Origin: Octopus vulgaris
Lineage: Eukaryota
DNA length: 64,000 bases
NCBI GenBank assembly: GCA_951406725.2
Contig: OX597837.1
Coordinates: 11,966,001-12,030,000 of the forward strand
Direction: 5' to 3'
Both the position numbers and the translations under genes were made by a program. Positions 12,113 to 25,372 of this stretch are shown here, in pieces (the first letter of the stretch is position 1; every line of letters starts with the position of its first letter). The notes beneath the pieces are model-generated. The model saw only the letters and a program-made list of their open reading frames with translations. It searched no databases and was not told the DNA's origin.

Positions 12113-15100
12113 GGTTTGAACCCACAAAACAGGTAGAAAATTTGGGCTGGATATGGTTTGTTCAACCCTTTTGTTACCAACCCAGCTGAAATCACCTCAG
12201 GCTCTGTAATGCAAATGTCTTGTTTTCATAAGTTTTTTATCAAAATCTTCCACCAAACCTTAGTCACATTTTATGACCTTAGTCACATTTTATGATCCTA
12301 ACACTAGCTCAATGATAATTAAGTTATTTTACTAATTTTTTTTTATATTTAAAATTAATTGGAAGAAACACAGAGGATCTCAAAATAAATACGGTAACGA
12401 AAGGGTTCAAGGGCTAAAACAGGAAGGATGTATCATAAACTGTGGAGCAGAGTCCAGGTAGGTTAAGAGAAATTAATGCAAATTTATACAAGATTCTCAT
12501 TATAACTTCTTAAATAATAAACGTCTGTGTTGCTTTAAGAACATAGATTTTGGATATTCCATCCAGCAGAACTGGTGATATTTGGCAACACGATCTAATA
12601 CTACACAATAATTTCCAATTGATTTCAGTTTAGACAATAATAAATGAGAAGTGGTCGTTAAAAATAGTGCCACGATATTGGTGTTAAATAGCTTAGTAAC
12701 TTTTCTAATGCTTGTGTAGATCGACGGAGGTAAATGTTTCGGGCAATTACGATTTTCTAATAATCAATAAATCATAATCTATTTACGTCCTCGGCGGATA
12801 ATTGGGTTAAAAATCAATAAGTCAAGTGCTAATAGGCAGAACCTAAGCAACTACAGCAAGCTGGTCGTCAGAAAGATGACCGACAAGGTGTAAATTAGAT
12901 GAGAGAGAATACAAAGGTATGATACAGGCCTTACTGCGTTCACCTGGGCTGCCTTGATAAGACTGGAAGGACAGGACTTCATGTTGAATGTGGAAAGGGG
13001 TTAATGGTTACAGCATGCTGGGGTGCCACTTGGAAGGGTTTAGTTAAGCATATATATATATATGAGAGAGAGTGGTGTAGGCGTGGGTGTGTGGTAAGAA
13101 GCTTGCTTCCCAACCACATGGTTCTGGGTTCAGTCCCACTGTGTGGTACCTTGGGCAAGTGTTTTCTACTATAGCCTGGGCCCAACCAAAGCCTTGTGAG
13201 TGGATTTGGTAGACAGAAACTGAAAAAAGTCTGTTGTATATATGTATCGCTTCCTAATGCCAACCACTCCGTGCATGTAGAAAAGCACCCACTACATTCA
13301 CGGCGTGGTTAGTGTTAGGAGGAGCATCTAGCTGTAGAAATACTACCAGATCAGACTGGAGCCTGGTGCAGCCTCCTGTCTTCCCAGACCCCGGTCGAAC
13401 TGTCCAACCCATGCTAGCATGGAAAACGGACTTTAAACAATGATGATGTTGTATGTATATATCTTTGTATGTGTTTGTCTTAGTCCACCAACATCACCAC
13501 CACCTTACAACCAGTGTTGGTGAGTTTACATCCCTGTGACTTAGCAGTTTGGTAAAAAGACTGATAGAATAAGTACCAGGCTTGAAAAATAAAAATGGTA
13601 CTGGGTTGATTCATTCAACTACACACACACACACACACACACAATGGACTGAGGCCCAGTATCCATCTATCTATTTTATTCACAAGGTCATTGGTTGGCA
13701 TGGGGTTATAGTAGAAGATACTTGAGCCCAGGAGGGGGCCATGCAGTAGGACTGAACCATGCCTGTGCCTGTAGCTATATGCCTGTGGTACAAAACAATA
13801 AAAAGATAATAAAAATGTCAAAAGTATTGGTCATGAACCATTTTCTAATGACATATTTCTCACAAAGTGTTTTTAAATGAAATGTCAAATATTCATTAAA
13901 AAAAACTGAATTAAGACTGGTTTTAACATTCTCTGTTGAAAAGTGTGAATCAACAGATGTTGTGTGGCCAGCTTAATGTTTTTTTGTTTTTGTGCCATAT
14001 TTATGGAAGCAGAGTAGCAGATGGCTTTCTTGGTACGGCTGCATGTGGATGATGTAGCAACACCTTGCAAACAGTTGACCCTTTTGTTACTCCTTTACTT
14101 GTTTCAGTCATTTTGACTGTGGCAATGCTGGAGCATCGCCTGTAGTCGAGCAAATCGAACCCTGGACTTATTCTTTTTGTAAGCCCAGTACTTATTCTAT
14201 CGGTCTCTTTTTGCCGAACCGCTAAATTACAGGGACATAAACACATCAGCATCGGTTGTCAAGCAATGTTGGGGGACAAACACAGACACACATACATATA
14301 TATATATACATATATACGACGGGCTTCTTTCAGTTTCCGTCTACCAAATCCACTCACAAGGCTTTGGTCGGCCCCAGGCTATAGCTGAAGACACTTGCCC
14401 AAGATGCCACGCAGTGGGACTGAACCCGGAACCATGTGGTTTGTAAGCAAGCTACTTACCACACAGCCACTCCTACGCCTAAAATATTAACGTTAGCTGT
14501 ATTCATTTTGAGTTGCTCTGTGTTTCTTTCAATTAATTTTGAGTATAACAAAGAGTTGTGGAGGCGCAATGGCCCAGTGGTTAGGGCAGTGGACTCAAGG
14601 TCGGAGGATCGTGGTTTCAATTCCCAGACCAGGCGTTGTGTGTGTTTGTTGAGCGAAAACACCTAAAAGCTCCACAAGGATCCGGCAGGGGGTAGTGGCA
14701 ACCCTTGTTGTACTCTTTTGCACTCTCTCTTCCTGTTTCTTGAGTAACGCTGCGATGGACTGGCATCCCATCCAGCTGGGGGGAACACATACACCACAGA
14801 AACCAGGAAACTGGGCCCATGAGCCTGGCTAGGCTTGAAAAGGGCGATGTTTATCATTATAACAAAGACTTTAGTAAAATAACTTAGTTATCATTAAGCT
14901 AGTGTTGGGAGCATAAATTGTGGAAGATTTTAATTAAAAACTTATGAAAACAAGACATTTGTGCTACAGAGGGTTTCAGCCTGGTTGGTATCAAAAGGGT
15001 TAAGAATTGCTTCTCTATTATATATTTTAACCCTTTTGTCACCATATTTCTGTTAAGATGAACTGTGTTTCTTTCAATTAATTTTAAATATGACAAAGAA

Positions 15101-16554
15101 TTTAGTAAAATAACTTAGTTATCATTGAGCTAGTGTTAGGAACATAAATTGTGACTAAGGTTTGGTGGAAGATTTTAATTCAAAATTTATGAAAACAAGA
15201 CATTTGTAACAGGTAATTTTACATGCTACATATCATCATCATCATCGTTTAACGTCCGTTTTCCATGCTAGCATGGGTCGGACGGTTCAACTGGGGTCTG
15301 GGAAGCCAGAAGACTGCACCAGGCTCCAGTCTGATCTGGCAGTGTTTCTACAGCTGGATGCCCTTCCTAACGCCAACCACTCCGTGAGTGTAGTGGGTGC
15401 TTTTTATGTGCCACCTGCACAGGTGCCAGGCGAGGCTGGCAATGGCCACGATTCGGATGCTGCTTTTTACGTGCCACTGATATATATATATATATATATA
15501 GTCAAATCTTCCACCCCATGCCAGCATGGAAAGTTGACATTTAACGATGATGATTGCCTCAAGCATGACTGTGTAATTAAGAAGTTTGTTCCCACCATGT
15601 TTATGCGTATCTGATTTTACTGTCATGGATGTCGAGATCTGTGTTTAAATTCAGGAAGGTTAGGAAGCCGTGACTAAGATACCAGGCGGGATTAAAGCAC
15701 GTCAACTCACCAGACAGGAACACAATAACATTTCAATCTAATATCATACATATTCACCACAACAACAAGGAAGCATTGACCTGCTATAAATAGCAGCTAA
15801 ATTTCTTAGAAAAATGTAAACCATCTCTAGAAAACAAAACACCAAAAAACACGGGCATAGGAGTGGCTGTATGGTATGTAGCTTGCTTACGAACCACATA
15901 GTTCTGGGTTCAGTCCTACTGCGTGGCACCTTGGGCAAGTGTCTTCTACTATAGCCTCGGGCCGACCAAAGCCTTGTGAGTGGATTTGGTAGACGGAAAC
16001 TGAAAGAAGCCCCTCGTATATATGTATATGTGTGTGTGTGTGTATGTTTGTGTGTCTGTGTTTGTCCCACCAACATCACTTGACAACCGATGCTGGTGTG
16101 TTTATGTCCCCGTAATTCAGCGGTTCGGCAAAAGAGACCAATAGAATAAGTACTAGGCTTACAAAGAATAAGACCTGGGGTCGATTTGATCGACTAAAGG
16201 TGGTGCTCCAGCATGGCCACAGTCAAATAACTGAAACAAGTAAAAGAGTAAAAGATTGAAAAAAAAAAAAAACCAAACACAATTTGGGATGGGACAGCCA
16301 CAACTGGAATGTCTGTTATGTGTCTGTTTGATCAGGGCTAATTGATAGTAATTGTTTTTTTGTTTAAGGTACAGGGTGGATGTTTCCTTGTTTCTGTAGA
16401 AACAGGTTTAATAGTGGGGAAATATTACCTTATTTGGAAAGAAGTGAGGGGGTTTGGTGTCAGTGGTGGGGCATTTGGCTGTAGAAAGTCAGCCGCAACA
16501 GATTCTGTCTTTGCCATGGGATCATGGGAAAGTAGACTTTGAAATGATGATGAT

Positions 16555-16591
<37 letters not shown>

Positions 16592-17401
16592 TGTGTAGTA
16601 AGAAAAGAGAGAGAATGTAAAAAAGAAACAGAATGTCTGTGAGGGAGAGAGAGAGAGAGAGAGGTAATAGTGTGTTAGAAGGAAAAGGGAGTGTGTGTGA
16701 GAGAGAGGTAGAATGTAGCCTGTGGATGAGAGAGAGAAATAGATAGAATATATTATGAGGGAGTGGGAGAGAGAGAGATAGAAGATAGTGTGAAAGAAAG
16801 AGAAAAAGAGGAGATAGTGTGTGTGAGAGGAAGAGAGGAGATATAAGGTCTGTTTTATCTGTGTGTGTGTGAGAGAGAGAGAGTATTTCTTTATTTACCA
16901 TAAGGTTGAGAAAAAGAGGGGTCGATAGGAGGACAGGCAAAACAAACATTGGGGTCAGGGTATTGAATAAGATGAGACGAAACAACAATATGAGTAAACA
17001 AACAATTAATATATACAATTAAATGAGAATTAAACAAAAAATGAAGCGGGCAGTGTAATGGGTGTCACAAAAAAGGAATATGGGTGTGTATATATTTATT
17101 TATGTATAGTCATGTGTGTGTGTATATATATACATATATCTGTGTGTGGGTGTGGGTGTATACACTACTCTTTATATTTCTCTATGCATGTGTCTGTAAT
17201 TGTAGATATATCTGGCAGCCAAGGCAACCCAGCTAGTGACCACCCCCATCATTGTGTATACCAGGAACTAGATTATTCAATGTGTTTACTTTCATGTTTA
17301 AAGTAGCAGCGTGTATAATCTGAGGGTAATTTGACTGCTATTTCTGACAGTTTGAGTATCTACATAGAGGCTCCTTTGTTGGCCTCCATGTTCATTTCTC
17401 C

Positions 17402-17440
<39 letters not shown>

Positions 17441-17491
17441 GTGTAGGAAGAAATGGAGCTGAATGAAGATTTAACAAAATTCCTTTTTATT

Positions 17492-17577
17492 ATTTTCTAC
17501 ATATGTTTCAAAAGCTGCAAAGTCCATAATTCGGATTGAATAAGGAGTCCATTTTGCAGCCTTCTCTTCAGGAAAAT
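17492..17577 (-). ncRNA. Inverted copy of the 17702 hammerhead
   Basis: Near-exact reverse complement in the left arm of a ~180-bp inverted repeat. Confidence 0.7.
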
Positions 17578-17701
17578 CCAGGAACTTAATTCTCCAACAA
17601 AATGCACAGCAAGCTTTTCGACAAACGCTCACGAGGAGCCCTTGGAATAAATGGCACAAACTGTCTATGCTGTGCATTTTGTTGGAGAATTAAGTTCCTG
17701 G

Positions 17702-17787
17702 ATTTTCCTGAAGAGAAGGCTGCAAAATGGACTCCTTATTCAATCCGAATTAGGGACTTTGCAGCCTTTGAAACATATGTAGAAAAT
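17702..17787 (+). ncRNA. Putative type I hammerhead ribozyme
   Basis: Stem I attttc/gaaaat; CTGAAGA; 12-bp stem II gaaggctgcaaa/tttgcagccttt; GAAAC-atat-GTA with cleavage predicted after 17781. Confidence 0.8.
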
Positions 17788-18082
17788 AATAAAAAGGAAT
17801 TTTGTTAAATCTTTGTTCAGCTCCATTTCTTCCTACACTAAATATATAAAACTTAAAATTTCCGCACTAAGGCACGGATTTTAGGCCCCATGGCTGTAAT
17901 CTCAACCATGCTTTTTCTGTTGTGATTTTTGCTACCCAGGTGTCGGTTATCATTTGAATAATCCGTAATAAGATAATTCATTTATCTACTTCAATATATA
18001 TATATATATATATGTAAGAATGTTTATGGGTATATATGGGCACTTATACATACCATAGCTTGTGACATGTGTGTGCACTTAT

Positions 18083-18124
<42 letters not shown>

Positions 18125-18319
18125 GTTATTATGCAAAAGTGTCATAAGTCCAAAATGTTCAGATAACAAAAAAATAGTTTCACCGTTCCATTTCTTTTTA
18201 CATTAGCAACAGCTTCAGCCAAACAGTAATTCTTTGTTTGGTACATAAAATCTTACACTCCATGCATGTAGGATATTTTCAGTCAGAAATATTTTGGCAA
18301 AAACTGTCGTATGTGGGAC

Positions 18320-18510
18320 TTATCCGTGGAATAAGCTGCCAGACGAGATAGTGAAGATGCCGACGACCGCTCGGTTCAAAGTCTCTCTTGACCAGAAATG
18401 GCCTGAACTCTTTGCATGAACACCCTCCCTGTACATAACTCCCTGTCCCCCTACATGGCCTTGCTTTTTGCTTTTGAGCCAAAAAATTAACTTAACTTAA
18501 CTTAACTTAC
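18320..18510 (+). mobile_element. 5'-truncated copy of the same CR1-like LINE
   Basis: Matches ~3080-3260; (ttaac)n tail. Confidence 0.75.
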
Positions 18511-19530
18511 TATACTTTTGAAAAATGCTAAATTGTTCTACTACACTTTGACAATTTTCATATCTTGGCATCGGGAGCAACTGGAGATACGATAGTTTGA
18601 CCAAATGAATCAGCTGTTGTAAGTAAAATTAAATATTGTAAAAAAATGTATTTCAAAGCAGTGCTCCAGCATGGCCACAGTCAAACGACTGAAACAACTA
18701 AAAGAATAAAAGAATTAGCCAAATTTGGACACACAACAGTTTAACATAGTAACAATGATGTGTATATATATATATATATGTGTATATATATAGGTGCAGG
18801 AGTGGCTGTGTGGTAAATAGCTTGTTTACCAACCACATGGTTCCGGGTTCAGTCCCACTGCGTGGCACCTTGGGCAAGCCTTGTGAGTGGATTTGGTAGA
18901 CGGAAACTGAATGAAGCCCGTCGTATATATGTATGTATATATATATGCATGTGTGTGTTTGCCCCCCTAGCATTGCTTGACAACCGATGCTGGTGTGTTT
19001 ATGTCCCTGTTACTTAGCGGTTCGGCAAAAGAGACTGATAGAATAAGTACTGGGCTTACAAAAGAATAAGTACCGGAAGTACCGGGGTCGAGTTGCTTGA
19101 TTAAAGGCGGTGCTCCAGCATGGCCGCAGTCAAATGACTGAAACAAGTAAAAGAGTATATATATATATCTATATCATCATCATCATCATCATTTAACGTC
19201 CACTTTCCATGCTGGCATGAGTTGGACAATTTGACTGAGGACTGGTGAACTAGTTGGTTGCACCAGGCTCCAATCTTAATCTGGCAGAGTTTCTACAGCT
19301 GGATGCCCTTCCTAATGCCAACCACTCCGAGAGTGTAGTGGGTGCTTTTATGTGCCACCAGCACGAGGGCCAGTCAGGCGGTACTGGCAATGGCCACGAA
19401 AATATCGTGTATTTTTTTTATGTGTCACCTGCGCACCGGCACAAGTGCCAGGAAGGCGATGCTGAAAAACATAAATCCAAAAAAAGGAAGAATACTCTAA
19501 GAAATCGACCTTGTCTAGCTTTAATATATT

Positions 19531-19962
19531 TATTGGGTCATCCCATAAATAATGCGTTTTTTATATACTTTTTTTATTTTTCAAAATTAATATAAGCAAA
19601 TTTGTTTTTTAATCTAAAATATACTCTCCTTCGTTTTCTACAATGCTCTTCCATCTATCTGGTGGACTTGTAAAGCCCTTCTTCTGAAATTCACTTGTCC
19701 AAGACGAAAAATACTCTTCCAGTACTGTTCTGACCCCATCTACAGAATTCATATTTTATCCGTCTAAATGATTTTGAAGACTTCGGAATAAATAATAATC
19801 AGATGGAGCAATGTCCAGCGAATATGGTGGGTGGGGCATCGTTTTCCATTCAAACTGCTCCAGCCTTTGGAATGTCATCCTTGCTGTATGTGTCCAAGCA
19901 TTTTCCTGATGGAAGAACACCTTTCATCTTGAAACTAAAGATGGTCGCTTTTCTTCTACCAT
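19531..19962 (-). mobile_element. Degenerate mariner transposase 3' part and terminus
   Basis: Minus strand reads ...PHPPYSLDIAPSDYYLFRSLQNHLDG...; terminal tattgggtcatcccataaataatgcg. Confidence 0.75.
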
Positions 19963-20380
19963 TTGTCTTGTGAGGAAAGACTGAAGACGCTCGACCTTTA
20001 TTCTCTAGAAAAACGACGATGCCATGGTGATCTCATTCTTGCTCACAACATCATAAGCGAAAAATGTAACCTCTCAAAAGAGCTGTTCTTCACTCCTGCT
20101 CCAGAGCGTCGGCTGCGGGGTCACTCCGCAAAGCTCTATCTGCGACGATTTCATCTCAATTGAAGGAGAGGGGCTTTCTCCGTCTGGGTTGCGGATCCAT
20201 GGAATAAGCTGCCAGACGAGATAGTAAAGATGCCGATGACCACTTGGTTCAAAGTCTCTCTTGACCATAAATGGCCTGAACTCTTTGTATGACCACCCTC
20301 CCTGTACATAACTCCATGTCCCCCTACATGGCCTTGCTTTTTGCTTTTTGAGCCAATAAAAATTGAATTGAATTGAGTTG
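19963..20380 (+). mobile_element. CR1-like LINE 3' fragment adjoining a mariner fossil
   Basis: SCEERLKTLDLYSLEKRR...; in-frame stop; (aattg)n tail. Confidence 0.8.
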
Positions 20381-20434
20381 AAAATGATGATGACGATGAT
20401 GATGATGTTGCACACTTTCGTATAAATTTGTACC

Positions 20435-20606
20435 AGGCGCAGGAGTGGCTGTGTGGTAAGTAGCTTGCTAACCAACCACATGGTTCCGGGTTCAGTCCCA
20501 CTGCGTGGCACCATGGGCAAGTGTCTTCTACTATAGCCCCGGGCCGACCAATGCCTTGTGAGTGGATTTGGTAGACGGAAACTGAAAGAAGCCTGTCGTA
20601 TATATG

Positions 20607-20637
<31 letters not shown>

Positions 20638-20862
20638 GTATGAGTGTGTGTGCTTGTGTGTCTGTGTTTGTCCCCCTAGTATTGTTTGACAACTGATGCT
20701 GGTGTGTTTATGTCCCCGTCACTTAGCGGTTCAGCAAAAAGAGACTGATAGAATAAGTACTGGGCTTACAAAGAATAAGTCCTGGGGTCGAGTTGCTCGA
20801 TTAAAAAGGTGGTGCTCCAGCATGGCCGCAGTCAAATGACTGAAACAAGTAAAAGAGTAAAG
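20435..20862 (+). mobile_element. tRNA-derived SINE, family B (representative copy)
   Basis: Head ggcgcaggagtggctgtgtggtaag...gggttcagtccc. Near-identical copies at 15855-16255, 18792-19155 and 21552-21945 (+), and 14085-14480, 27891-28300, 35500-35878 and 39960-40318 (-), plus many fragments. Confidence 0.85.
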
Positions 20863-21941
20863 ACCAGTTTAAAAAAAAGAATATAGAGGAAAAGGAACGC
20901 ATATGTGTGTGTGTGTGTGTGTGTGTGTGAGGGGGGGAGATTGTGCTGAAGCAGGGCGTCCTCTTTTTTTACTCATCTGTTTACATTAAGCGATTGCAGC
21001 AAGAAGCGGGGGGGATGTGAGTGGGGGAGCGGGGGCGTGGGTGCCGTTTGGCTTATTTTGCTCTTCCCCCCCCACCTCCCTCCGTTTTGGTGATTACACT
21101 ATTAGTCTGTTTCGTTGAATAAAGCCAAACCCCCACCCCCCCGTGTACATCTGTTTTTCCCCCGTCCCCTACGCCTACGTCTGTTCTCCCCGTCCCCTAA
21201 TTCAAGTCTATTCTTTCCTGCACCCTTTGACTGTTTCAGTTTTACCTTTGCTCAATGCACAGCATGTTAAGAACCCTCCCCTCACACACACCCATATATA
21301 CCCATATATATATAATTATTTATGGGTGTGGTCACCAGTGAATGCATGTGTTTATATGTGGGTGGTAGTGGTGGGTCTTTGTGTGTGTGTGTGGAGCAGG
21401 GCATCTTTGCTTCAGCATCTATTCGCCCCTCCATGCTATCATTATATAATACGTATTTGCATACACACTTTTACAGATGCATGAGGGTTCACACTTTAAT
21501 TCCTCATCATATGCATGTCCCTGTCTGTTTATGTATATATGTGTTTAAAAATAGGAGTGGCTGTGTGGTAAGTAGCTTGCTAACCAACCACATAGTTCCG
21601 GGTTCAGTCCCACTGCGTGGCACCTTGGGCAAGTGTCTTCTACTATAGCCTCGGGCAGACCAATGCCTTGTGAGTGGATTTGGTAGACGGAAACTGAAGG
21701 AAGCCCGTCGTATATATGTATATATATGTGTGTGTGTGTGTTTGTGTGTCTGTGTTTGTCTCCCTAGCATTGCTTGACAACCGATGCTGGTGTGTTTATA
21801 TCCCTATTACTTAGCAGTTCGGCAAAAGAAACCGATAGAATAAGTACTGGGCTTACAAAAAGAATAAGTCCTGGGGTCGAGTTGCTCGATTAAAAGGCGG
21901 TGCTCCAGCATGGCCACAGTCAAGTGACTGAAACAAGTAAA

Positions 21942-21977
<36 letters not shown>

Positions 21978-22323
21978 AATAAAGGCTTGGCTGTGTGGTA
22001 AGAAGCTTGCTTCCCAACCACATGGTTCCGGGTTCAGACCCACTGTGTGGCACCTTGGGCAAGTGTCTTCTACTTTAGCCATGTTTATCTTTGTCATTAC
22101 CTGTATCCTATGAGCATAATATGCTTGCATATGTATGCCCAGGGTTAACATGGGTAATTTTACCGGTAATATAATGGATATTTTTATCCCTTAGACGGTT
22201 ATTCCAACCTCTAACTCTACTAACCTATATATATATATGTATATTCAAAATGTGACCGCGTGTGTACTGTTGGCGATTTTTTTTTCCTCTGTCTTCCCTT
22301 CTCTGGATCTTTCCTTCTCCTAT

Positions 22324-22358
22324 GTTTCCGACGAAGAGCTCCGCTCGAAACGTTAAAC
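22324..22358 (+). ncRNA. Putative minimal hammerhead (U4C variant)
   Basis: gttt-CCGACGA-a-gagc(tcc)gctc-GAAAC-GTT-aaac; stem I gttt/aaac; loopless palindromic stem III (AACGTT). Confidence 0.6.
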
Positions 22359-22462
22359 CCTCCTTCTTTCCTTAGCGTCCAATAATACTATATTTGTTCC
22401 ACGTCCTCGCGTTGTTGTGTTTTTTGTGCTTTCTTGTTTGGATTAACTATATGTATATATAT

Positions 22463-22780
22463 GTGGAGGTACAATGGTCCTGTGGTTAGGGCAGCGGACT
22501 CGCGGTCGTAGGATCGCGGTTTCGATTCCCAGACCGGGCATTGTGAATGTTTATTGAGCAAAAACACCTAAAGCTCCACGATGCTCCGGCTGTAGGATGG
22601 TGGTGGTGGCGACCCCTGCTGTACTCTTTCGCCACAACTTTCTCTCACTCTTTCCTCTGTTGGCCTGCTCACTTAGCCAGCGGGGTGGCGTCATTTGAAG
22701 GCTAAACCAATGCGAAGCGCTTTGTGACCAGCGATGTGTAACAACATCTGATAGCCTGGTCGGTCACGGTGATCACAGTG
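22463..22780 (+). mobile_element. tRNA-derived SINE, family D (representative copy)
   Basis: Head tggtcctgtggttagggcagcggactcgcggtcg...ggtttcgattccc. Related heads at 14558-14850, 27140-27470, 33255-33315 and 43220-43465 (-). Confidence 0.7.
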
Positions 22781-23371
22781 ATATATGTATATATACATAT
22801 CAAAGAAACTAATGAACAAGAATGCAAAACATTCAGAGCGCTTTAACAGCAAGGCATACACGGAGGGGCAATGACCTCTGGGCACAAGGTTACAGGTCTT
22901 TTGATATTCAAATTCATCTACGGCACTTAGTTGTTCTTTGTGTTATCGGCTACCCTCTCCCCATCCTACTTCCCAAAGTCAGACTATGGTGGTGGTGGTG
23001 GAATTTCAACTGGAATAAACGATGATAATATTTAAGTACATAAACGTAATGGAAATTTGAAAGCAGTTATAAAGTTCATTCAGATAAATGTCCCGTCTTT
23101 GTTTCTTGCTTAGATTGGCATGTCTGTTTTTATGTTGAAGTTTGTCTTAGAAATTACTTTGCTGATTGATAGCAAAAGGAAAGGTGAATTGATTGATAGA
23201 CAAGATAGCCAGGTAGATTGATAGATGTAGAGAAAGAGAAAGAGAGAGATTGATAGACATAGATAGGCATTCATAGATATATAGATACATATTTCAAAAT
23301 GTGACCTCGTGTGTACCGTTGGCGAATTTTTCCCTCTGTCTTCCCTTCTCTGGATCTTTCCTTCTCCTATA

Positions 23372-23590
23372 TTTCCGACGAAGAGCTCCGCTCGAAACGT
23401 TAAACCCTCCTTCTTCCCTTAGCGTCCAATAATACTATATTTGTTCCACGTCCTCGCGTTGTTGTGTTTTTTTGTGTTTTCTTGTTTGGATTAACTATAT
23501 ATATATATATATATTTTCCTCTGTCTTCCCTTCTCGGGATCTTTCCTTCTCCTTTGTTTCCGACGAAGAGCTTCGCTCGAAACGTTAAAC
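23372..23590 (+). ncRNA. Two tandem minimal hammerheads (23372-23404 and 23556-23590)
   Basis: Same motif as at 22324, repeated ~185 nt apart in a tandem dimer separated by (TA)n. Confidence 0.6.
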
Positions 23591-25372
23591 CCTCCTTCTT
23601 CCCTTCTTTCCTGAGCGTCCAATAATACTTTATTTGTTCCACGTCCTCGCGCTGTTGTGTTTTTTTGTGTTTTCTTGTTTGGATTAAACTATATATATAA
23701 ATAAATAGATGTGTAGAAAGACAAACAAGATGTCCACAAATTATCTTTACAGTTCAGAAAAAAAGTGAAAAAATAAGGATCAGTCATTAGGGGCCTCCAA
23801 ATCTTTTGAGTTCTTTTACAGGGCTTCGAAAAACTGAAGGACCACTGCAATAAGTGTGTGAATCTGAGAGGGGAATATGTTGAATAAAATCATAATCAAC
23901 TGATCCTCCTGTATTTTCGTTTACCCAAAACCAGGAACTTTTCAACCCCCTTTTATATACACCTTGGGAGCCAGGAAACCGACTCTATGAGCCTATATGA
24001 ATCGGGAAGGCTCTTTGTAGCCTAATTTTATCCCAGACACTCACCACTATAGGCTATTTTTATTACTGTATTCATGTAGGAGGTTTCCATTATCGTGATG
24101 GCTTGCTTCATATTCAGCTGTACAGCTAAATTACTTGTTTTAGAAACGGTGATATTTACTGCTGAAGTACTTTCGTGAAGTTTTGTAATGTACTCTTAGA
24201 TATCTTTAAGCATTGCCTGCTTTAATGCACAACAGGCAACTTTTCTCAGACATGAGCTGCTGAAACTGGGACGCATCTGATATGCCCATGCAGCCTTTAT
24301 GCTATCAAGTACAGGTAAGACAGGTAGATAGGTATGCAGGTAGGTAGGATATGGAGGTAGGTAGATACACAGACAGACAAACAGGCATGCACACAAGGAA
24401 GGGTGGTTAGAGTGATAAATAAATAAATAGGTTGATAGAAATGGTCTTGATGTAGGAATGACTTCACTTGGCTTTGATTCTGAGGCTTATGATGGGGGAA
24501 AAGGTGGGGATGTGTGTGTGTGTGTGTGGGGTTAGTGGAACAGAGTGCTCAACACGTGACTCTAGCACTTCAAAGGTAGATTTTGATGGCCTGTATCACT
24601 AAAATCACCAGAGAGGATGAAGAAGTGGGGAGAAACCCAGCCCATTTATATATGTGTATCCATCCATCCATCCATCCATTCATCCATCTGTCTGTCCGTC
24701 TATTTATCTATCTTTCGCTTGTTTCAGTCATTACACTGTGGCCATGCTGGGGCACAATCGTGGAGACTTTTAGTCAAATGAATTGACCCCCCTGGTACTT
24801 ATTATTTTTTTGTAAAGCCCTGTACCTCTTCTATCGATTTCTTTTGTCAAACTGCCAAGTTATGGGGATGTAAATGTACCAACACTTGTCAAGAATTGGT
24901 AGGATATACACACACACACACGACAGGCTTTATTCAGTTTCCGTCTACCAAATCCACTCACAAGGCTTTGGTCGGCCTGAGGCTATAGTAGGAGACACTG
25001 GCCCAAGGTGCCACGTGGTGGGACTGAACCCGGTACCATGTGGTTGGGAAGTAAGCTTCTTACCACACAGCCTTGCTCTTTTAACACTTTTGTTGTTATG
25101 TTTCTGTTTAAATAAGCTTCCCTTTTGTTTTAATTAATGCTGAAAATAACGAACGATTTAATGAAGCAACTTCTTTATTTTGCTGCTGTTTGGAACATAA
25201 CAGAAATTTTTTGATAAAAGCTTTTAATTTGAATTCCTCTTTTGTTTCCATGCGTCTGTTGAAATACAATGTCTTTCATCTTCAACATCATCATCATCAT
25301 CATTGTTTTAACCCCCTCAGCATTCAGATTATTCTGTTAAATGCAAAGTTTATTTAGTCACATCATTTTGAA

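Larger units (their letters stand above)
17432..17995. mobile_element. Fold-back, Penelope-like-terminus element in (TA)n
   Basis: Inverted arms ~17432-17611 and 17668-17847 plus a unique 3' extension, with (TA)n on both sides. Confidence 0.65.

Noticed and set aside
14558-14640. tRNA-like sequences (also at 22463, 27140, 33255 and 57619)
   Set aside because: They have A/B boxes but no complete cloverleaf, and they continue into repeat bodies, so they are SINE heads rather than tRNA genes.
17471-17808. Two mirror ORFs sharing CCAFCWRIKFLDFPEEK...
   Set aside because: They arise from the inverted repeat. The conserved signal is an RNA fold, and there is no support for a protein.
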